From positions 1 to 37,331 of the forward strand of contig CAZSQP010000004.1 of NCBI GenBank assembly GCA_964609075.1: a stretch of 37,331 nt of DNA, read 5' to 3'. Within the stretch, counting starts at the first letter, position 1, and each line of letters opens with the position of its first letter. The stretch comes from an uncultured Candidatus Saccharibacteria bacterium. GTDB lineage: Bacteria; Patescibacteriota; Minisyncoccia; Minisyncoccales; GWA2-38-27. Of the stretch, positions 32,342-37,331 are shown piece after piece. Below the pieces are notes generated by a model. The model saw only the letters and a list, made by a program, of their open reading frames with translations. It was not told the DNA's origin and searched no databases. Made by a program: the position numbers and the translations under genes.

Positions 32342-32949
32342 GAGAAGAATTAAGAAAAATAAAGGAAGAGGTTATAAGCTGTAGCAAGTGTCCTCTTTCT
32401 GATTATAGAAATAGAAACAATTATTATCCTGTTATAGGTGAAGGAGATCATAACGCTAAAATAGTTTTTATAGGTGAAGCTCCAGGATTACAGGAAGCTA
32501 AGAGTGGACGTCCTTTTTGCGGAAGAGCCGGAAAGATTCTAGATGAACTTTTAGATTCTGTAGGTATAAAAAGAGAAGAAGTCTATATCACCAATATATT
32601 AAAAGACAGACCTCCCGATAACCGTAATCCTAAAGGAGAAGAAATTGAAGCCTGCGTACCTTTTTTAGATAGACAGATTAAAGCTATTAATCCTGAAATA
32701 ATTTGTACTTTGGGCAACTTTGCTACAAGATACATTTTCAAAAGATATGGTTTAGGAGATAAGCTTCAAGGGATCAGCAAGATTCATGGAAATGTTTTCT
32801 CCTTAGTCTCTGGGAAGCAAGATTCCCTTTTTGATAAAAGAGGAGTTGAAAAAATTGTGGCTTTCTATCATCCTGCAGTAGCTACTTACAATATTAATAT
32901 GAAAGACGTTTTAAAAGACGATTTTAAAGTTTTGAAGAGTTTTAAATGA
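32338..32949 (+). CDS. udg: Uracil-DNA glycosylase, family 4
   Basis: 203-aa ORF with CSKCPL, GEAPGLQEAKSGRPFCGRAGKILD and HPA. Confidence 0.85.
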   Translation: MREELRKIKEEVISCSKCPLSDYRNRNNYYPVIGEGDHNAKIVFIGEAPGLQEAKSGRPFCGRAGKILDELLDSVGIKREEVYITNILKDRPPDNRNPKGEEIEACVPFLDRQIKAINPEIICTLGNFATRYIFKRYGLGDKLQGISKIHGNVFSLVSGKQDSLFDKRGVEKIVAFYHPAVATYNINMKDVLKDDFKVLKSFK

Positions 32950-33386
32950 GCTTGAAAGAGTATAAAAAGAAGAGAAGATTCAATGAAACTCCAGAGCCTG
33001 AAGGAAAAGTTTCTAAAACTTCAGAAAAAAGATTTGTGATCCAAGAACATTGGGCAAGCCACCATCATTTTGATTTTAGGTTAGAGATGGAAGGAGTTTT
33101 AAAATCCTGGGCTGTTCCTAAAGGAGTCCCTGAAAAGAAGGGGATTAAAAGACTTGCTGTTCAGACAGAAGATCATCCCCTTGGTTACATAGACTTTGAG
33201 GGAGAAATTCCAGAAGGTTCTTATGGAGCAGGAAAAGTTAAAGTTTTTGATAAAGGAAATTATGAACTAAAAGAGAAAGAAAAGAATAAGATAATCTTTG
33301 AATTAAAAGGTAAGAAAGTGGAAGGGGACTATAGCTTAATAAGATTTAAAAAACCAAATCAGTGGCTTCTATTTAAATTAGGGTAG
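32946..33386 (+). CDS. Stand-alone LigD-type 3'-phosphoesterase domain protein
   Basis: 146-aa ORF with FVIQEHWASHHHFDFRLE, LKSWAVPKG, TEDHPLGY and GAGKVKVFDKG. Confidence 0.8.
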   Translation: MSLKEYKKKRRFNETPEPEGKVSKTSEKRFVIQEHWASHHHFDFRLEMEGVLKSWAVPKGVPEKKGIKRLAVQTEDHPLGYIDFEGEIPEGSYGAGKVKVFDKGNYELKEKEKNKIIFELKGKKVEGDYSLIRFKKPNQWLLFKLG

Positions 33387-33467
33387 CATTACTTTTTTTC
33401 TGAAACCATGTTATTATTTAATATGGGTAATAATTCAATTAGGATTTGAATAACTGAAATACTTTTT

Positions 33468-34343
33468 ATGAAAAAAATAGCAATTGCATCAGGAAAAGGA
33501 GGAGTAGGAAAATCAATGCTTTCCTCTTCTTTATCCATTCTTCTTTCTAAAGAAAATGATATTGTGGTTGTTGATTGTGATGTTGACGCTCCCAATCTTG
33601 CTGTTTGGTTAGGAGAGCCTGAAAACTGGAAGAAGATAGAAAAGATAAGCGTTTCAGAGAAACCTATTATAAAAGAAAATAAGATAGGAGAAGAGAAAGC
33701 AAAAGAGTGTGCTAAAAAATGCAGGTTTAACGCCTTAGAAATTGAAGAGGGCAAGTTAAAACTCAATCCTTTTCTGTGTGAGGGTTGTGGAGCTTGCGAG
33801 TTTTTTTGTCCTAAAGGGACAGTAAAAATGGAGCCCGTTAAAAGCGGGGAAATAAAAATTAAAGAGACTAAATACGGTTTTCCTATTTTCTCGGGACATC
33901 TTTATCCTGGAGAAACCGGTTCTGGAAAAATAGTCTCTGAAATTAAAACCAGGGCTGAAAAAGCTTCTAAAAAGAAAGACTTCATGCTGATAGATTCTGC
34001 TCCTGGAACGGGTTGTCCTGTCATAGCTTCCTTACAAGATGTGGATTTAGTGTTGTTAGTTACAGAACCTACTCCTTCTGCCTTTTCTGACCTCAAAAGA
34101 GTCTTGGAAGTTGTCAATCATTTCAATATTCCTTGGTTGGGAGTGATTAATAAATGGGATATTAATAAAAGTTTGAGTTCTGAAATAGAGAATTGGTTTG
34201 GAGAAAAAATGATAGGGAAAATATCTTATGATAAGAATGTTTTCAAAGCCATCTCTAATTTGAATCCTATTATGGAAACAGATTTGAAAGCTAAAGAAGA
34301 GATAGAAAATATCCACTCTTCTCTTATTTCCATGACCAGTTAA
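33468..34343 (+). CDS. Second MinD/ParA-type P-loop ATPase with ferredoxin-like insert (first cluster motif degenerate)
   Basis: 291-aa ORF with SGKGGVGKSM, CEGCGACEFFCP and DSAPGTGCPV. The first motif is reduced to CAKKC. Confidence 0.75.
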   Translation: MKKIAIASGKGGVGKSMLSSSLSILLSKENDIVVVDCDVDAPNLAVWLGEPENWKKIEKISVSEKPIIKENKIGEEKAKECAKKCRFNALEIEEGKLKLNPFLCEGCGACEFFCPKGTVKMEPVKSGEIKIKETKYGFPIFSGHLYPGETGSGKIVSEIKTRAEKASKKKDFMLIDSAPGTGCPVIASLQDVDLVLLVTEPTPSAFSDLKRVLEVVNHFNIPWLGVINKWDINKSLSSEIENWFGEKMIGKISYDKNVFKAISNLNPIMETDLKAKEEIENIHSSLISMTS

Positions 34344-34389
34344 AAGTTGTGGAAAAAGTCTTCTTTTTAAGAAGAAAAAAAGGTTAGAT

Positions 34390-34418
34390 TTGACCTCTTT
34401 TTTTATTAGAGATAAAAT
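34390..34418 (+). promoter_or_regulatory. Sigma70-like promoter TTGACC-N17-TAAAAT
   Basis: ttgacc at 34390-34395 and taaaat at 34413-34418, 42 nt upstream of the reductase ATG. Confidence 0.45.
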
Positions 34419-34460
34419 AAGGTAATTGTCATTTTTTTAGAAAGACTAAATAATAATTGT

Positions 34461-36734
34461 ATGACACCAAAAAGAAAAATCGAGAAAGTTAAGAAGAGAG
34501 ATGGGAGAATTGTTAAATTCGATTCTACCAAAATAGCTGATGCTGTTTCCAAAGCAATGAAAGCTGTGGAGGAAGGTGATGTTGAAAAAGATCCCTCAAA
34601 GGTATCAGAAAGAGTAGTCAAGGAATTAAAAAAGCGTGTTCCCGAAGGCCACATACCTGAGATTGAAGAGATTCAGGATCTAGTGGAGGAAGTATTAATA
34701 CTACTGGACTTTCCTAAGACAGCTAAGTCTTACATTATCTACAGACGAGAAAGGGCCAGAGTTAGGGAAAAAAGAAGAGCTGTTCCGGATGAAGTTAAAA
34801 AACTAGCTGAAAAAAGCAAGAAATATTTTTCTAATGCTTTAGGGGAGTTTATATACTATAGAACCTATTCCAGATGGCTTCCAGAAAAAAGACGTAGGGA
34901 AACCTGGGTTGAGACAGTGAATCGCTACGTTGATTTTATGAAGGAAAATCTTGGTAATAAGTTGAAGGAAAAAGAATATGAGGAGATAAAAGAAGCTGTC
35001 TTAAATCATGAAGTAATGCCCTCTATGAGGTTAATGTGGTCAGCTGGCAAAGCAGCAAGAGCTGCTAATGTTTCTGTTTATAACTGTTCTTACATTGCTC
35101 CCAGAAAACTTGGTGATTTTGCTGAGATTATGTACCTTCTAATGTGTGGATCCGGAGTAGGTTTTTCAGTAGAGAACCAGAATGTTCAGCAATTCCCAAT
35201 TGTAAAACATCAGACAGGGGAAACCATCCCTATTTATATGATTGAAGACAGTAAAGAAGGCTGGGGTGATGCTTTGACTCTAGGACTTAAAACTTGGTAT
35301 GAGGGTAAAGATATCAAGTTTGATTATTCTAAGATTAGGCCGGCAGGAGCCAGATTGAAAACTATGGGAGGAAGAAGCTCAGGGCCACAGCCTCTTAAAA
35401 GTCTTCTTGATTTTAGTAGAAGTAGGATCCTAAATAATCAGGGTAATAGATTAAGCAGTCTTGATATTCACGATATTATTTGTAAAATTGCTCAGTTAGT
35501 CCAGATGGGAGGAGTTAGGAGGTCAGCTTTAATATCTCTTTCTGATTTAGACGATGAAGAAATGAGAGAATCAAAAACAGGTCATTACTATATTACCAAT
35601 CCCCAGCGTTCCATGGCTAACAACTCAGCTGTTTACAATAAGAAACCTATTGCTACTCAGTTTATAGAGGAATGGCTTTCTTTGGCCAGAAGTGGATCTG
35701 GAGAGAGGGGTATTTTCAACAGAGGGGGATTGGAAAAACAGATGCCTCCCAGGAGGTGGGAGAAGTTTAAGAAGTATTATCAGTCCTGCGGGACAAATCC
35801 TTGTGGTGAAATTGTATTGAGAAGTCATGCATTCTGCAATTTGACTGAAGTGGTGGCAAGACCTGATGATACCAAGCAGTCCCTTTTAAGAAAAGTTAAG
35901 ATAGCTACCATTCTAGGAACTTATCAGGCTAGCTTTACTGATTTTAAATATCTTTCCAAAGAGTGGAAGAAAAATTGTGAAGAAGAGAGTTTGTTAGGTG
36001 TCTCTATAACCGGTCAATGGGATTGTCCTATTGTTCGTGATGAGAAGACAATTAGCAATCTTCGTGAAGAGGTTATTAAAATTAATAAAGAGTATGCCAA
36101 GAGAATTGGTATTAATCCAGGTCTTGCTGTTACCTCTGTAAAGCCCTCAGGAACTGTTTCTCAGTTAGTGAATGCTGCAGCTGGCATGCATCCCAGATAC
36201 GCCCCCTATTACATCCGTCGTGTTAGAATTTCGGCTTCAGACCCTCTCTTTCATATGTTAAAAGAACAGAAAGTTCCTTATCACCCTGAAGTTGGAGAAA
36301 CCGAAGCTTCAGCTTCCACTTATGTTCTTGAGTTTCCAGTCAAATCTCCTAAGGGTTCTGTTTTTAGAAATGATTTAACAGCTCTTCAGCAACTTAAGTA
36401 CTGGGAAATGATCAAAAGAAACTATACAGAACATAATCCTTCCAATACTGTTTTAGTTAGTGATGATGAATGGGTCCAAGTAGCTAACTGGCTTTACGAA
36501 AACTGGGATATTCTAGGAGGGCTTACTTTTCTTCCTCGAGATAACCATGTTTATCAGCTAGCTCCTTTTGAAGAAATTAGCGAAGAAGAATATAATAAAC
36601 TGATTTCTCGTTTTCCTGAAATTGATTATTCTCAAATTCTCGCTTATGAAGAAGACGATAAAACTGAAGGAGGACCTGGAGGTTGCGATGGACAAGTTTG
36701 CGAAGTGAGTCCTGGCCAGAAAAAGCTTCTATGA
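34461..36734 (+). CDS. nrdJ: Class II (adenosylcobalamin-dependent) ribonucleotide reductase, RTPR-like, with N-terminal ATP-cone
   Basis: 757-aa ORF. It has an ATP-cone-like VKKRDGRIVKFDSTKIADAVSKAM, then YYRTYSRW, and TNPCGEI (Cys codon at 35802-35804). A C-terminal CDGQVC pair is also present. Confidence 0.8.
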   Translation: MTPKRKIEKVKKRDGRIVKFDSTKIADAVSKAMKAVEEGDVEKDPSKVSERVVKELKKRVPEGHIPEIEEIQDLVEEVLILLDFPKTAKSYIIYRRERARVREKRRAVPDEVKKLAEKSKKYFSNALGEFIYYRTYSRWLPEKRRRETWVETVNRYVDFMKENLGNKLKEKEYEEIKEAVLNHEVMPSMRLMWSAGKAARAANVSVYNCSYIAPRKLGDFAEIMYLLMCGSGVGFSVENQNVQQFPIVKHQTGETIPIYMIEDSKEGWGDALTLGLKTWYEGKDIKFDYSKIRPAGARLKTMGGRSSGPQPLKSLLDFSRSRILNNQGNRLSSLDIHDIICKIAQLVQMGGVRRSALISLSDLDDEEMRESKTGHYYITNPQRSMANNSAVYNKKPIATQFIEEWLSLARSGSGERGIFNRGGLEKQMPPRRWEKFKKYYQSCGTNPCGEIVLRSHAFCNLTEVVARPDDTKQSLLRKVKIATILGTYQASFTDFKYLSKEWKKNCEEESLLGVSITGQWDCPIVRDEKTISNLREEVIKINKEYAKRIGINPGLAVTSVKPSGTVSQLVNAAAGMHPRYAPYYIRRVRISASDPLFHMLKEQKVPYHPEVGETEASASTYVLEFPVKSPKGSVFRNDLTALQQLKYWEMIKRNYTEHNPSNTVLVSDDEWVQVANWLYENWDILGGLTFLPRDNHVYQLAPFEEISEEEYNKLISRFPEIDYSQILAYEEDDKTEGGPGGCDGQVCEVSPGQKKLL

Positions 36735-37273
36735 TCTATGTCTTAACAGGTGAAGGGAAAGGAAAAACTACTTCAGCTGTAGGAATGGGAATTAGGGCTG
36801 TTGGAGCTGGAAAGAGAGTTTTAATGATTCAGTTTTTAAAGACTGGGACTTCTGAGAATAAACTTATTGGGAAAATAGATCACTTTGATATTAAAACCTT
36901 TGGAAGAGAAGGTTTTTTCTTACCTAAAAGCAAGTTAGAAAAGAATCCTCAATTCAAAGAATCTGGAGTTAAGCCTTTAGAAGACAAAGATCTTAAATTA
37001 GCAAAAGAAGGTTTTAAACTGGCAAAAGAGAGTTGTAAAGAATATGATCTTTTAATTTTAGATGAGATTTTTATAGCCTTAAAGTTTAAATTGCTGGATA
37101 AGGAGGAGGTTATTAATTTTCTTGAGAAGAATAGAAGTAATTTAGATATAGTTTTAACTGGCAGAGATTGTCCCGAAGAAGTTATAGAGTTAGCTGATTT
37201 AGTTTCAGAGGTTAAAGAAAAAAAACATTATTATAAAAAAGGTGTAGCTCCAAGAAAAGGTATAGAGTTTTGA
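36731..37273 (+). CDS. cobO: Cob(I)yrinic acid a,c-diamide/cob(I)alamin adenosyltransferase (CobO/BtuR type)
   Basis: MIYVLTGEGKGKTTSAVGMGIRAVGAGKRVLMIQFLK and LILDE. The ATG at 36731 overlaps the reductase stop (ATGA). The track ORF opens earlier, at 36683. Confidence 0.8.
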   Translation: MIYVLTGEGKGKTTSAVGMGIRAVGAGKRVLMIQFLKTGTSENKLIGKIDHFDIKTFGREGFFLPKSKLEKNPQFKESGVKPLEDKDLKLAKEGFKLAKESCKEYDLLILDEIFIALKFKLLDKEEVINFLEKNRSNLDIVLTGRDCPEEVIELADLVSEVKEKKHYYKKGVAPRKGIEF

Positions 37274-37331
37274 TTATGATGAATTCTATTCCAAAGTGCA
37301 ACATTTTTCTTTTTGATTGAATACCTCATAA

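Noticed and set aside
34344-34460. A cobalamin riboswitch or NrdR box upstream of the B12-dependent reductase.
   Set aside because: The region is only 117 nt and very AT-rich. It has no B12-box-like GCCACTG / AGYCMGGAGACCKGCC elements, and I could see no 16-bp NrdR-type palindrome.
1502-35828. All 26 minus-strand ORFs in the six-frame track (for example 7807-8217, 33389-33766 and 34406-34654).
   Set aside because: Each overlaps a longer + strand ORF with clear family motifs. The translations are Ser/Phe/Leu-rich low-complexity sequence, typical of the antisense of Lys/Glu-rich AT-rich genes. None has a recognisable motif or an upstream signal.

Overview
AT-rich bacterial chromosomal segment, roughly one-third G+C by eye. 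Every credible gene (about 55 CDS) lies on the + strand, and many are joined by 1-, 4- or 8-nt start/stop overlaps. I found no rRNA, tRNA, CRISPR array, transposase or integrase. The content suggests an uncultivated, anaerobic, reduced-genome bacterium of the Patescibacteria/CPR type, but that is inference only. It rests on many small DUF-type membrane proteins, anaerobe redox enzymes, salvage-type nucleotide metabolism, almost no Shine-Dalgarno signals and repeated leaderless-type promoters. Blocks in order:
- 48-5109: a serine hydrolase; a GHKL-ATPase plus STAS-like two-gene cassette bracketed by a 37-nt imperfect direct repeat; and a large membrane-anchored IPT/gluzincin protein.
- 5110-5678: a 569-nt AT-rich gap holding a 59 % G+C island with its own promoter and terminator.
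- 5679-21477: housekeeping and miscellaneous genes, including tspO, two Cas4-like nucleases, rsmI, uppP, an MscS-family channel, rdgB, DAHP synthase, a queuosine salvage protein, desulfoferrodoxin, NUDIX and nitroreductase.
- 21569-30687: a metallocluster/redox island (DUF5320, three NifX/NifB-like domains, a CDF fusion, a MinD-ferredoxin ATPase, 2-oxoacid:ferredoxin oxidoreductase, thioredoxin, an AhpD-like protein, a thiol-disulfide membrane fusion, a ZIP transporter).
- 30714-37273: DNA repair and nucleotide genes (UDG family 4, a stand-alone LigD phosphoesterase domain, class II ribonucleotide reductase overlapping a cobalamin adenosyltransferase).
The most promising candidates for something undescribed are the orphan GC-rich RNA-like island (5427-5653), the repeat-flanked ATPase/STAS cassette (932-2340), and the NifX-like/MinD-ferredoxin island with recurrent Gly-Arg tails. 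None of these can be confirmed without database searches or experiments.
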